A stretch of DNA of 64,000 nt from an uncultured Actinomycetes bacterium (GTDB taxonomy: Bacteria > Chloroflexota > Dormibacteria > Aeolococcales > Aeolococcaceae): NCBI GenBank assembly GCA_964618935.1, contig CAZUDL010000001.1, forward strand, positions 66,562-130,561, given 5' to 3'. Position numbers and translations under genes: made by a program. Numbering within the stretch: position 1 is the stretch's first letter; the number at the start of each line of letters is the position of its first letter. Shown here piece by piece: positions 1-9,770 of this stretch. The notes beneath the pieces are model-generated. The model was not told where the DNA came from. It did not search any database and saw only the letters and a list, made by a program, of their open reading frames with translations.

Positions 1-763
1 GCTGGTGCATCTCGGCCGGGTCGTCGCCGGACACCCAGTGGACCTTGTGGCCGTAGCCCTCGAGGAGCGCGGTCAGCTCCTCCTCGGGGATGCGCGCCAG
101 GACCGCCGGGTTGGCGATCTTGTAGCCGTTCAAATGCAGGATGGGCAGGACGGCGCCGTCCTCGACCGGGTTCAGGAACTTGTTGGAGTGCCACCCCGTG
201 GCCAGGGGGCCGGTCTCCGCCTCGCCGTCGCCGACGATGCAGCAGACGAGCAGGTCGGGGTTGTCGAAGGCGGCGCCGTACGCGTGCGAGAGGGCGTAGC
301 CGAGCTCACCGCCCTCGTGGATCGACCCGGGCGTCTCGGGTGCCACGTGCGAGGGGATGCCGCCGGGGAAGGAGAACTGGCGGAAGAGGGCCTTGATGCC
401 CTCCTCGTCTCGGCCAATGTGGGTGTAGACCTCGCTGTAGGTGCCCTCGAGGTAGGCGTTGGCCACCGCCGCGGGGCCGCCGTGACCGGGGCCGATCACG
501 TACATGGCGTTGAGGTCCCAGTTGCGGATCACCCGGTTCATGTGCGCCCAGATGAAGTTCAGGCCGGGGGTGGTCCCCCAGTGGCCGAGCAGGCGGGGCT
601 TGGTGTGCTCGGCCTTGAGGGGCTCGCGCAGCAGCGGGTTGTCGAGGAGGTAGATCTGTCCCACCGACAGGTAGTTGGCCGCCCGCCAGTAGGCGTGGAT
701 GAGGTCGAGCTCGTGGTCGGAGAGGGGGCCGGCGGGGGCTTTGGCGGTGGTGGTCTGGGTCAT
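1..763 (-). CDS. xfp: Phosphoketolase (xylulose-5-P/fructose-6-P phosphoketolase), N-terminal part; gene continues beyond window start
   Basis: Reverse-complement translation from the ATG at 763-761 reads [39 protein letters not shown]...[18 protein letters not shown]...[36 protein letters not shown], the characteristic XFP N-terminus. GGAGGA RBS 6 nt upstream. Not in the ORF track because it runs off the window edge. Confidence 0.85.
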   Translation of the reverse strand, partial: MTQTTTAKAPAGPLSDHELDLIHAYWRAANYLSVGQIYLLDNPLLREPLKAEHTKPRLLGHWGTTPGLNFIWAHMNRVIRNWDLNAMYVIGPGHGGPAAVANAYLEGTYSEVYTHIGRDEEGIKALFRQFSFPGGIPSHVAPETPGSIHEGGELGYALSHAYGAAFDNPDLLVCCIVGDGEAETGPLATGWHSNKFLNPVEDGAVLPILHLNGYKIANPAVLARIPEEELTALLEGYGHKVHWVSGDDPAEMHQ

Positions 764-925
764 GCGCTCCTCCGGGAGGTCGGGCTGCTGCCGAGGCTCT
801 GAATATGGCTCAGTTCCCCGCCATGGTGGGGCATCCGGGGGTCTGGCCGCCACTCCCCCAGATCACAACCGGTCGGGGGAGGGAGGCGCCGCTCCACCCC
901 CCGCCGGGTCCCGCCGCCGCCGGAC

Positions 926-2632
926 CTACATGATCCCCAGCGACATCATGGCGCCCAGCAGGGCCGAGATCACGTCGGGATCGGTGCTGACGTCGATGAG
1001 GGCGGGCACCTCGCTGGCGGCCGCGCGCTGCAGCGCCGGCCGCAGGCCCGCGATGCCGTCCACGTGCTCCCCGTACCCGCCCAGCGCCTCGGCCAGCCGG
1101 TCGTACCTGGTCGGTGCCAGCACGCTGCCGATCTCGCGGCCGTGCACCTGGCGCTGGTGGTGGCGCACGTCGCCCCAGCCGCCGTTGTTGGCGACGACGA
1201 CGATGACGGGCAGCCCGTGGCGCGCCGCGGTGTCCATCTCCATGGCCGAGAAGCCGAAGGCGCCGTCGCCGGTGATGAGGATGGTCCGCTCCCGCGGCCG
1301 GGCGAGCTGGGCGGCGAGGGCGAAGGGAAGCCCGACGCCGAGCGTTCCCAGGGCGGTCGTCGTCGACAGCAGATGTCCCGGCGCCTGCGCGTCCGCGTAG
1401 GCGAGGGCCCAGGTCAGCGTGTCGCCGCCGTCCGCCACCAGGGTGGCGGCGCCGCCGAACTCCGAGCGCGCGAAGGCCGCAACCTCGCGGGCCAGCGCTC
1501 CGGGGTGCACCAGCAGTCCCCGGTGGGCATCGACCTGCTGGTCCCACATGCCCACGGACAGCTGCACCAGCTCCCGGGCCTGGTCGCGCCAGGCGGTGCC
1601 GCCCCGGTTGGTCGGGGCGCGGCCGCAGAGGTCGGTCATCACCTGGCGGACGTCCCCGGCGACGCAGATGTCCGCGGCGCGGTTGCCCCCCATCTGGTCC
1701 GCCGCGATGTCGACCTGGATCACCGTCTGCTCGTCGGTGAAGAGCGGTGGTCCGCCGTAGATGAGGTTGGCGTTGAAGGTGCTGCCCAGCAGAAGGACGC
1801 AGTCGGCGGAGGCCAGGGCGACGCCGGCGTGGACCAGGGAGCCGAGGCACCAGGGATGCGAGTCGGCGACCAGGCCGCGCGCCGCGCTCGTCGTCGTCAC
1901 CGGGACCTCCGCCGTCTCGCAGAACCGGGCGATGGCCTCGCCGGCACCGGACCAGAAGGCGCCTCCGCCCGCCAGCACGATGGGCCGCGAGGCCTGCCGC
2001 AGCGCCTGCACCACGCGGTCGAGGTCCGCCGCCGCCGCGGCCGGCACCGGTGCCGGGTCGGGGAAGCCCGGCTGTGGCTCGGCCGGCGCCGTGCGGGTCA
2101 GGAAGACGTCGTGGGGCACCTCGAGGTAGACGGCGCCGGGACGTCCGCTGCGCGCCCGGTACAGCGCCTCGTCGGTGAGACGGGCGATCGCCGGGGCCGC
2201 GTAGGCGGACGCCGCCCACTTGGCGATGGGCGCCACCATGGCCAGCTGCTCCAGGTCGCCGACCGCCCCGCGCCCGCGCCGCTTCAGCGCCGTCCTGCCG
2301 GCGATCATGAGGAGCGGCATGTTCCAGACCGCCGCGTCGGCGAAACCGGTGAGGGCGTTGGTGAAGCCGGGACCGGCGGTCACCGCCGCGACGCCGGTCC
2401 GGCCGGTGGCCAGGGCCCACCCCTGCGCGGCCTGGGTGGTCGCGCCCTCGTGGCGCATGCCGATCACCCGCACCTGCGCGTCGATGCAGCCGTCGAGCAG
2501 CTCGACGATGTGGCCGCCGCCGACGGTGAACATGAGGTCCACGCCGTTGGCGCGGAGGCGCTCCGCCATGAGGCGTCCGCCGTGGACGGGAGCGCCGGGA
2601 ATCCCTGCTGTGGTCTGGCTCATGCCGGTCAC
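926..2632 (-). CDS. Thiamine-pyrophosphate-dependent enzyme, acetolactate synthase large subunit / benzoylformate decarboxylase family
   Basis: 568-aa ORF with the TPP-enzyme N-terminal domain (GVDLMFTVGGGHIVELLDG...GPGFTNALTG) and C-terminal TPP-binding motif (ILITGDGAFGFSAMEMDTAARHGLPVIVVVANNGGWG). An alternative start at MAERLRANG (about 2572) is possible. Confidence 0.8.
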   Translation of the reverse strand: MTGMSQTTAGIPGAPVHGGRLMAERLRANGVDLMFTVGGGHIVELLDGCIDAQVRVIGMRHEGATTQAAQGWALATGRTGVAAVTAGPGFTNALTGFADAAVWNMPLLMIAGRTALKRRGRGAVGDLEQLAMVAPIAKWAASAYAAPAIARLTDEALYRARSGRPGAVYLEVPHDVFLTRTAPAEPQPGFPDPAPVPAAAAADLDRVVQALRQASRPIVLAGGGAFWSGAGEAIARFCETAEVPVTTTSAARGLVADSHPWCLGSLVHAGVALASADCVLLLGSTFNANLIYGGPPLFTDEQTVIQVDIAADQMGGNRAADICVAGDVRQVMTDLCGRAPTNRGGTAWRDQARELVQLSVGMWDQQVDAHRGLLVHPGALAREVAAFARSEFGGAATLVADGGDTLTWALAYADAQAPGHLLSTTTALGTLGVGLPFALAAQLARPRERTILITGDGAFGFSAMEMDTAARHGLPVIVVVANNGGWGDVRHHQRQVHGREIGSVLAPTRYDRLAEALGGYGEHVDGIAGLRPALQRAAASEVPALIDVSTDPDVISALLGAMMSLGIM

Positions 2633-2731
2633 TGTGGTGGTTGCCGAGATCGAGCGGCCAGGGGAGAACGGCGTCAGTCTAGCGGGACCGTCGGGCGGTC
2701 GGCCGGCGGCGGGCGCCTTCCCCGCGTGAGC

Positions 2732-4060
2732 TCAGCCCACCGCCTGGGTCGGCGCCGGGAGGGCGTCCGGGTGCGCGGCGCTCTCGAGAACCGGGGTGGC
2801 CAGGACGAATCCCGCCGCGCAGGCGACGAGGAGGACGTTGCGCACCGCCACCGCCGGCAGCAGGCCGTCGGTGTACGCGGCCGGGTCGGTGTGCACGGCG
2901 ACATGCCACAGGAACGGGAAGATGAGCGCCGTCATGGCGAACGCGGGGATCCAGCGCCACCGGAAGCCCTGCACCGCGGCCAGGGCGGGCACCACCCAGA
3001 GCAGGTACTGGGGGCAGAGGACGCGGCTGGTGCAGATCACCAGCAGCAGGACCGCGACGGTGGCGTACGAGGCGGTGATGCGGCCCGCCAGCTGGCGCCA
3101 CAGCACCCAGAGGACGCCGGCCACGAGCACCGCGTCGCACGCCGCGGAGGCGACCGGGCCGAGCGAGCCCGTCAGGCCGAAGGAGCTGTGGCCGTACACG
3201 GGGGTGATGGAGACCCCGGCGAATGACCCCAGCCACATCAGCGTCGCCGGGATCGACTCCACCTCCACCGGACGCTGCACCAGGTACTGGATCGAACCCA
3301 GGGCATGGGTCGGGTCGACGAGCAGGGCGCCGCCGAGACCGGCGGCGACGACGACGGCGCAGAGGCCGACCCCGAGCGCCGGCCGCCGCCACGGCCGCAC
3401 GTCGCCGGAGGTCGCCTCCGCCCTCCACTGGGCGATGACGACGACGGGGAGCAGCGCCAGGGGGAAGAGCTTGAGCAGGGTGCCCAGCCCGATGAGCGCG
3501 TAGACGGGCCAGAAGCGGCGCCGCTCCATCAGCCAGATGCCGGCCACCACCATGAGGGCGGGCAGCAGGTCGTAGCGGAAGATCAGCGTGCCCATGCCGG
3601 CGAGCAGGGCGTAGACGACGTAGGTCCAGGCCTTGGCGTCGGTCGCCCAGCGCTCGAAGGCGAGGAAGCCCGCGGCGAAGAGGGCCAGCATGCCCAGCGC
3701 GAAGGCGTCGAGGCCGCTCCCGCCCGGCGCCAGCAGGGTCAGGCCGAAGGGCAGGACGGAGAGCGGCGGGTACTCGGTGGGGAGGCGCGGGTGGGCCAGG
3801 CTCTCCCAGAAGTGCTGCGCGTAGAACTGGTAGACGATGGGGTCGTTGTGCCGCCAGCCACCCTGCAGGTAGACGGCGGCGAGGCAGAGGGCGAGGCCGG
3901 CCACGACTAGGGCGCGGAGCCATCGCGGCACTCGGAGCGGGTCGATCGGCGGAGTATAGCGGCCGCCGGGACGGCCCGAGCGGAGCCCGCGCCGGGCTAT
4001 CCGGCCGCCGTCGCGGCTGCCGCCGGGAGCGGGGCGAGCCGGCCGTCGTGCCTCGCGCAC
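2732..4060 (-). CDS. Polytopic membrane protein, GT87/DUF2029-like putative glycosyl/mannosyl transferase
   Basis: 442-aa ORF with about 10 predicted TM helices and a short Arg-rich N-terminus. The hydrophobic pattern (LFAAGFLAFERW..., FPLALLPVVVIAQW) resembles the DUF2029 PimE-like family. The annotated start is GTG and uncertain. Confidence 0.5.
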   Translation of the reverse strand: MREARRPARPAPGGSRDGGRIARRGLRSGRPGGRYTPPIDPLRVPRWLRALVVAGLALCLAAVYLQGGWRHNDPIVYQFYAQHFWESLAHPRLPTEYPPLSVLPFGLTLLAPGGSGLDAFALGMLALFAAGFLAFERWATDAKAWTYVVYALLAGMGTLIFRYDLLPALMVVAGIWLMERRRFWPVYALIGLGTLLKLFPLALLPVVVIAQWRAEATSGDVRPWRRPALGVGLCAVVVAAGLGGALLVDPTHALGSIQYLVQRPVEVESIPATLMWLGSFAGVSITPVYGHSSFGLTGSLGPVASAACDAVLVAGVLWVLWRQLAGRITASYATVAVLLLVICTSRVLCPQYLLWVVPALAAVQGFRWRWIPAFAMTALIFPFLWHVAVHTDPAAYTDGLLPAVAVRNVLLVACAAGFVLATPVLESAAHPDALPAPTQAVG

Positions 4061-4150
4061 ACGGTGCCCATCCCGCAGACGTCGCTCTCCCGATGGCTGA
4101 TCAGCGCCAGCGACCGCCCCCGGGGGCGTGAGCCGGGCGGGACGTGACCT

Positions 4151-6874
4151 CTAGGCTGGCGTCGAGGGGCGCCGCAGGTGGCGGGTGGCCGCCAGGGGAT
4201 CGCGCGGCGCGGGCTCCAGCCGGATCTTCACGTCCACCGCCACCGCCCCCCCGGGACTGCAGATCACCGGGTTCAGATCCATCTCGGCGATCTCCGGCAT
4301 CGCCGTCACCAGGGCGCTGATCCGCTGGATGATCCCGGCCAGGGCGTCGATGTCACAGGGGACGCTGCCGCGGTACCCGAAGAGCAGGGCCGAGCCCCGG
4401 GGCTCGCGGATCAGCTCGCTGACGTCCACGTCGGTGAGGGGGGCCGCCCGGAAGGCCTGGTCTCCGCTCAGGCCGACCGCGGTCCCGCCCGAGCCGAAGA
4501 CGAGCAGCGGTCCGAAGTGGCGGTCGCGGACGACACCGACGATGGTCTCCACCCCGGCGCTCAGCATCTGCTGGACGATGGCCCCGCCCATCTCCTTGCC
4601 CAGACGCCGCTGCATCTCGTCGAAGGCCTGTCGCACCGCCGCCGCGGAATCCAGGTCGGTGACGACGCCGCCGCGCTCGGTCTTGTGCACCAGGTCCGGG
4701 GAGGCCGCCTTGAGGGCGACCGGGTAGCCCATGGCATCGCTCGCCGCCACCGCCGCCTCGGCCCTGTCGGCGCGCTCGGTGGCTGGCATGGTGACGCCGA
4801 CGGCGCGCATCAGGGCGTCGCAGTCGATGGGACCGAGCTGGCAACCGGCGGGGTTCTCCACCAGGGCCCGCTGGACGATGTCGTGGGCGGCGGCCAGGTT
4901 GATGTCGGCGGGGACCACCACGTGGCCGGGGTCGCGCTTGCGCCACGCCGCGTACTCGGTGACCGCACCGAGCGCGTAGGCGGCGGCCTCGGGGAAGGCG
5001 AAGGTGGGCAGCTCCCTGCCGCTGCGAAGCAGCTTCTCGGCCTCCCCGAAGAGGGCGGCCAGCACCGGTTTGGTGGACTCCCTGGCCACCGACGAGATGG
5101 CCTGGGCCACGGCGTTGGCGTCCACGTTGAGCGGGGTGAAGATGCCGATGACCGAGTCGATCGACGGGTCGTCGATGACGGCGCGCAGGGCCGCGGCGTA
5201 GACGTCGCCGGTGGCCATGGCCGTCATGTCCATCGGGTTGCGAAGCGCCGCCGCCGCCGGCAGCACCTCGCGGAGCCGCGCGATGGTCTGTTCGCTGAGC
5301 TCGGGGAGGGTGAGGCCGGCCGCCTCGCAGGCGTCGGCGGTGAGGATGCCCGCGCCCCCGGCGTTGCCGATGACGCAGACGCGGTTGCCGGCGGGCAGGG
5401 GGGACGAGGCCAGCACGCGGCCGACGTCGAAGAGCTGCTCCAGCGAGGAGACGCGGATGACGCCCGCCTGGCGGAAGAGGGCCTCCACCGAGACGTCCGG
5501 CGAGGCGAGGGCGGCGGTGTGCGAGGCGGCGGCGCGCGCCCCTGCGGTGCTGCGCCCGCCCTTCACGGCGACGATCGGCTTGCGCCGCGACACCCGCCGC
5601 GTGATCTCCCCGAACTTGCGCGGGTTTCCGAACGATTCGAGGTAGAGCAGGATGACGTCGGTGCGGGGGTCCTGCTCCCAGTACTGGATGAAGTCGTTGC
5701 CCGAGAGGTCGACCTTGTTGCCCGCCGAGACGAAGCTCGACAGGCCGATGCCCATCCTCTCCGCGGCGTCGATGACGGCGACGCCGAGGGCGCCCGACTG
5801 CGTGAAGAAGGCCACGTTGCCCGTGGGAGGCGGCTCCGCCGGGGCGAACATCGTGTTCAGCAGCACCGCCGGGTCGGTGTTGACGACGCCCATGCAGTTG
5901 GGGCCGATCACCCGCATGCCGTAGTGGCGGGCGATGTCCAGCACCTCCCGCTCCAGGGCCGCGCCCTCGGCGCCGATCTCGGCGAAGCCCGAGCTGATGA
6001 TGACCAGCGAGCCGACCCCGGCGATGCCGCAGTCGCGGACCGCGGCGGCGACGCCCGCAGCGGGCACGGCGATGACGGCGAGGTCGATCCGAGCCGGGAC
6101 GTCGCCGACGCCCGCGTACGCCGGAACGCCGCAGACGCTGTCGGCCTTGAGGTTGATGGGGTAGGCGCGGCCGCTGAAGGGGCCGCGGAGGAGGTTGCGG
6201 AGGATGTCGTGGCCGATGTTGCCCGCCGCCCGGCCGGCGCCGACGATGGCGACGCTCTTCGGCTCCAGCATCCGGCGGACGGCGGCGACGGCGGCCAGGC
6301 GCTCGCGCTCACCGCCCTTGTCGCGCACGCCGCGCTTGTCGGTGATGTCGAGGGTGATCTCCACCAGGCCACCCTGCGGCGGCCCGACGCGCTCGATGAA
6401 TCCGGCATGGCGGAAGACGTCGAGCATGCCGTGGTTCTCCGGCAGCGTCTCGGCCCGGAAGTGGGTGACCCCCAGGGCGGGGGCCAGCTCGCCGAGGTAC
6501 TCAAGGAGCAGGGAGCCGACCCCCCGTCCCTGGAACTGGTCGCTGACCACGAAGGTGACGTCGGCCTGGCCGGGCGAGACCACCACGCAATCGGCCACCC
6601 CGACCACCGAGTCGGCGTGCAGGGCGGCCAGATGGATCTGCGATGACGGATCGCCATTGGTGATGGCGAGCAGTTCCTCGTCCGTCAGCTCGTGGCGCTC
6701 GGAGAAGTACCGGAGGCGCACGCTCTGCGGCGAGAGCGAGGCGAAGAAGGCGCGGAGCGCCGGGGCGTCGGTGGGCCTCAGTGGCCGGATGGTGACGGCG
6801 GCTCCGTCGATCAGGGGGGCGTCGGCCGTCCAGGCCAGGGACACGGGGGTGGGGGGGATGGTCTCGATTGTCAC
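4151..6874 (-). CDS. Pat-like bifunctional protein: N-terminal GNAT acetyltransferase fused to an NDP-forming acyl-CoA synthetase (CoA-binding, ligase-CoA and ATP-grasp domains)
   Basis: 907 aa. GNAT signature QFQGRGVGSLLLEYLGE. CoA-binding Rossmann fold KSVAIVGAGRAAGNIGHDI. Succinyl-CoA-synthetase-like region FFTQSGALGVAVID. C-terminal ATP-grasp region (MGYPVALKAASPDLVHKTERGGVV). Domain order matches the Streptomyces PatA-type protein lysine acetyltransferases. Confidence 0.8.
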   Translation of the reverse strand: MTIETIPPTPVSLAWTADAPLIDGAAVTIRPLRPTDAPALRAFFASLSPQSVRLRYFSERHELTDEELLAITNGDPSSQIHLAALHADSVVGVADCVVVSPGQADVTFVVSDQFQGRGVGSLLLEYLGELAPALGVTHFRAETLPENHGMLDVFRHAGFIERVGPPQGGLVEITLDITDKRGVRDKGGERERLAAVAAVRRMLEPKSVAIVGAGRAAGNIGHDILRNLLRGPFSGRAYPINLKADSVCGVPAYAGVGDVPARIDLAVIAVPAAGVAAAVRDCGIAGVGSLVIISSGFAEIGAEGAALEREVLDIARHYGMRVIGPNCMGVVNTDPAVLLNTMFAPAEPPPTGNVAFFTQSGALGVAVIDAAERMGIGLSSFVSAGNKVDLSGNDFIQYWEQDPRTDVILLYLESFGNPRKFGEITRRVSRRKPIVAVKGGRSTAGARAAASHTAALASPDVSVEALFRQAGVIRVSSLEQLFDVGRVLASSPLPAGNRVCVIGNAGGAGILTADACEAAGLTLPELSEQTIARLREVLPAAAALRNPMDMTAMATGDVYAAALRAVIDDPSIDSVIGIFTPLNVDANAVAQAISSVARESTKPVLAALFGEAEKLLRSGRELPTFAFPEAAAYALGAVTEYAAWRKRDPGHVVVPADINLAAAHDIVQRALVENPAGCQLGPIDCDALMRAVGVTMPATERADRAEAAVAASDAMGYPVALKAASPDLVHKTERGGVVTDLDSAAAVRQAFDEMQRRLGKEMGGAIVQQMLSAGVETIVGVVRDRHFGPLLVFGSGGTAVGLSGDQAFRAAPLTDVDVSELIREPRGSALLFGYRGSVPCDIDALAGIIQRISALVTAMPEIAEMDLNPVICSPGGAVAVDVKIRLEPAPRDPLAATRHLRRPSTPA

Positions 6875-7034
6875 GGCCTCAGCCTACGGGACTGAGGGCC
6901 GTGATGTCGTGGGCCGATGGTCACGACTCGTGATCCACGATGGTCACAGCCGCCCGGGGAGCGTTGGGACCCGAGCCGGACGGCCTGTCCCACCCGGACC
7001 CGCGGGACGAGGATGATGGGGCCGTGAGGAAGCC

Positions 7035-7210
7035 ATGAGCGCCGTCGAGTGGCTGGTCGCCTGCGCCTGGGTCCTGGGCATCGTGGTGCTGATGGCCCTG
7101 ATCCTGGCGGCCATCGCTTTCGCCGATCCGAGATTCCGGCACGGGTTGCGCGAGCCGCGGCCGGGGGCGGACGAGCCCGCCGCGCCGGCCGGGGGGGACG
7201 CCGCCGGCTG
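7035..7210 (+). CDS. Small hypothetical membrane protein (58 aa)
   Basis: ATG at 7035 preceded by GAGGAAG. Translation MSAVEWLVACAWVLGIVVLMALILAAIAFADPRFRHGLREPRPGADEPAAPAGGDAAG has one TM helix. It lies inside a longer spurious ORF in the track. Confidence 0.3.
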
Positions 7211-7327
7211 AGTTCCTTGCCCGGCGGGCGGGGTGCCTCCCGGCCTCCGGCGTGGACCGGGGCCCCGCGGGTGAAGGGCCCATCCCACCGGGCCGCTGGG
7301 CTGCCCCGACTGGGGTACACTCGGCCC

Positions 7328-7996
7328 ATGAGCGAGGCCACCCCGATTCGGGTCGTCCTCTGTGATGACCACGAGCTGGTCCGGCTCGGCCTGCGCCGGC
7401 TCCTCGAGCCGGAGACCGGTCTGAAGGTGGTCGCCGAGGCCGGCGACGCCGCCGCGGCCATCGCGGCCGTCGCCAAGCTCTCCCCGGATGTCGTGGTCAT
7501 GGATGTGCGCATGCCCGGCCGCTCCGGCATCGAGGCCTGCCGGGAGATCCGCTCCTCCCACCCGGAGACCCACGTCCTGATGCTCACCTCGTTCGCCGAC
7601 GACGAGGCCCTCTTCACGTCGATCATGGCCGGCGCGTCGGGCTACGTCCTCAAGCAGATCCGCGGCGGCGACCTGATCGGCGCCATCCGCGAGGTGGCGG
7701 TGGGGCATTCCCTGCTCGATCCCCAGGTCACCGAACGGGTCCTCGCCCGGCTGCGCGGCGAGGTGGTCACCCCCGGCGACATCATCAACGACCTGACGCC
7801 GCAGGAGCGCAAGATCCTCGCCCTGGTCGCCGACGGACTCACCAACCGGCAGATCGCCGAGCAGGTGCACCTCGCCGACAAGACCGTCAAGAATTACGTC
7901 TCCAACATCCTCATGAAGCTGGGGCTGGAGAGGCGCGCCGAGGTCGCCGCCTTCGTCGCCCGGCGCAAGGAGAGCCAGCCGACCGAGTGGCCCTGA
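7328..7996 (+). CDS. Two-component response regulator, NarL/LuxR family (REC plus HTH_LuxR); no cognate histidine kinase in the window
   Basis: MSEATPIRVVLCDDHELVRLGLRRLL...VVVMDVRMPGRSGIEACREI...LTSFADDE followed by C-terminal LTPQERKILALVADGLTNRQIAEQVHLADKTVKNYVSNILMKLG, the LuxR HTH signature. ATG at 7328. Confidence 0.85.
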   Translation: MSEATPIRVVLCDDHELVRLGLRRLLEPETGLKVVAEAGDAAAAIAAVAKLSPDVVVMDVRMPGRSGIEACREIRSSHPETHVLMLTSFADDEALFTSIMAGASGYVLKQIRGGDLIGAIREVAVGHSLLDPQVTERVLARLRGEVVTPGDIINDLTPQERKILALVADGLTNRQIAEQVHLADKTVKNYVSNILMKLGLERRAEVAAFVARRKESQPTEWP

Positions 7997-8017
7997 GGCC
8001 GGTCGGTCCCTGACCCG

Positions 8018-8050
8018 GGCGCGGAAGCCGTTGTGCGCCCGCCGGGATGA
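8018..8050. terminator. GC-rich hairpin between convergent genes, putative bidirectional terminator
   Basis: GGGCGCggaagccgttgtGCGCCC inverted repeat lying between the response-regulator stop and the minus-strand cytochrome b C-terminal gene stop. Confidence 0.3.
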
Positions 8051-8094
8051 CCTGACGGTCCTCCCCGCTCACCGCCTCGGGCCTCGGTCCTCGC

Positions 8095-9078
8095 TCACTT
8101 CCTCAGGCTTCGGTAGTGGGTGCGCCAGATGAGGCGGTGGACGGGGATCCAGCGGGGGAGGTCGCGGACGCCGGGGATGAAGGGCACCAGCACCAGGGCC
8201 AGGCTCATCACCGTCATGACGAGGACGACGAGGAGGTCCGCGTTGCTTGCCGAGTTGAACGGCGGGATCTGGTACCAGAACGTGTAGAGCCAGAGCCAGG
8301 CCTGTCCGGGGTAGCGCCCGGTCTCGTTCATCATGCCCCACTGCGAGCCGGTGAGCTTCTGCTCCGCGGCGAGGCCGGGAAGGTAGCCGCCGTCGGCCAT
8401 GAAGAGGAGTGGCTTCGAGTAGTCCGTCTGGTAGAAGTGCCCGCTGGTGAGGAGGAGTCCGTCCAGGGCGCCCGACCGCCCCAGGCTGAGCATGCTGGCC
8501 ATCAATGTCGGCACCGGACCGTAGTCGCCGGATGGCACGGCGACCTCGCCGTCCACCAGCTGGGCATTGCCCAGCGCCGTGATGTAGGCGTTCAGCCACT
8601 GCTGCTGGCCGGCAGCGCTCTCGCCGTTGTAGGTCGCCAGCGCGGCGGCGAGCTGGCTGTTGCCGGACGTGGACTCGGAGAGCGGATGGAGGACGAAGTC
8701 GACGGGCGGGTTCACCGAGATGTGGACGCCGGCCCAGGTCTGCGGCTGGATGAACCCGATGCTCTGCACCGAGCCGGTCCCGCTGTTGTAGGGCGGGCCG
8801 TATTGGGCGGTGGTGCTCTGGCCCGCCAGCTCCACGGCCGAGGTGGTGACGAAGTCGATCGGGTCCGCCTTCGACCAGGCCTGGATCGTCGCCGAGGGGA
8901 CGTCGGGGGAGGAGAGGACGGCGGCGAGGACGAGGACGAGGACGAGGACCGCGGCCATGGCGATGGCCAGCTCCTTGACCAGGTCGTAGGGGACCATGCG
9001 GATCCCCCGGTAGTACGGTCCCTCGCCGTCTCCCGATCCCGCCCCGGCCCCGTTCATGCGGGGGGCGCGCGCGCTCAT
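8095..9078 (-). CDS. Cytochrome b C-terminal (subunit IV-like) protein with a ~230-aa insertion in the ef-loop region
   Basis: The start MSARAPRM at 9078 overlaps the upstream stop in an ATGA arrangement. PYDLVKELAIAMAAVLVLVLVLAAV resembles helix E preceded by P-x-DL. The C-terminal ...LWLYTFWYQIPPFNSASNADLLVVLVMTVMSLALVLVPFIPG aligns to the PEWYFFPVFQILR..NKLLGVL....VPFL motif of cytochrome b and PetD. Between the two lies a ~230-aa soluble segment rich in G/S/T/Q. Confidence 0.55.
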   Translation of the reverse strand: MSARAPRMNGAGAGSGDGEGPYYRGIRMVPYDLVKELAIAMAAVLVLVLVLAAVLSSPDVPSATIQAWSKADPIDFVTTSAVELAGQSTTAQYGPPYNSGTGSVQSIGFIQPQTWAGVHISVNPPVDFVLHPLSESTSGNSQLAAALATYNGESAAGQQQWLNAYITALGNAQLVDGEVAVPSGDYGPVPTLMASMLSLGRSGALDGLLLTSGHFYQTDYSKPLLFMADGGYLPGLAAEQKLTGSQWGMMNETGRYPGQAWLWLYTFWYQIPPFNSASNADLLVVLVMTVMSLALVLVPFIPGVRDLPRWIPVHRLIWRTHYRSLRK

Positions 9079-9770
9079 GCCTGCGGCTCCGCGCCGGCCG
9101 GCGCCTCGGGGACGTAGGGGTCGCCGATGGGACGCACCACGCCGCGGCTGCGCACTTGGACGATGTGCCAGACCACCAGCAGGGTGATGGCGATGGGCAG
9201 CAGCATCACGTGGATGCCGTACATCTGGCCGAAGTTGAGGACGTTGAAGAAGCCGCCCAGGCCCGTCGAGTTGACGGCGTCCTTGGCATTGACGGCGATC
9301 CACTGCGAGTCGAAGTTCTGCTGGATGAGGTAGCCGGTGAAGGCGGTGACGATGCTGACCAGGAAGATGACGGCGCCGACCATCCACGTCGTGGCGCGTC
9401 CGTCACGCCAGCCGGCGCCCCAGTACTGGCCCCACAGGTGCAGCACCATGAAGATGAAGAACATCTGCGCCGACCAGTAGTGGACGCTGTTGACGAACTG
9501 TCCCAGGGGCGAGGTGTGCCACCAGGCCGAACCCATGAAGGCGAGGACGACGCCGCTGGCGATACACCAGACGAGGGCGGCGATGGTGACCACGCCGAAG
9601 ACGTAGACCCACGAGCCCACGTAGGACGGCTGGTGGGTGGGCAGCAGCCGGGTGAGTGACATGCGACCCTCGAGCCGCTTGGCGACCGCCCCCGTCCACC
9701 CCGGGTTCTCCTCCGTGCCTGTGCCGCCGCCGCTCAGGGGCGCCGCGATCGGCTCGGCCGGCTCAGTCAT
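9075..9770 (-). CDS. Cytochrome b N-terminal (b6-type, four-helix, two-heme) subunit
   Basis: 231 aa. SYVGSWVYVFGV and SVHYWSAQMFFIFMVLHLW place two His 14 residues apart in helix B. GIHVMLLPIAITLLVVWHIV places two His 15 residues apart in helix D, the b6-type spacing. Confidence 0.8.
   Translation of the reverse strand: MTEPAEPIAAPLSGGGTGTEENPGWTGAVAKRLEGRMSLTRLLPTHQPSYVGSWVYVFGVVTIAALVWCIASGVVLAFMGSAWWHTSPLGQFVNSVHYWSAQMFFIFMVLHLWGQYWGAGWRDGRATTWMVGAVIFLVSIVTAFTGYLIQQNFDSQWIAVNAKDAVNSTGLGGFFNVLNFGQMYGIHVMLLPIAITLLVVWHIVQVRSRGVVRPIGDPYVPEAPAGAEPQA

Noticed and set aside
5-802. 265-aa plus-strand ORF at the window start
   Set aside because: It is the antisense frame of the phosphoketolase gene. 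The minus-strand translation is an unmistakable XFP N-terminus.
810-3226. Several long Arg/Gly/Pro-rich ORFs on both strands (810..2420, 1064..3226, 2679..3923 etc.)
   Set aside because: Shadow ORFs typical of 70% GC DNA, overlapping the well-supported TPP-enzyme and membrane-protein genes. Low-complexity R/G/P composition and no motifs.
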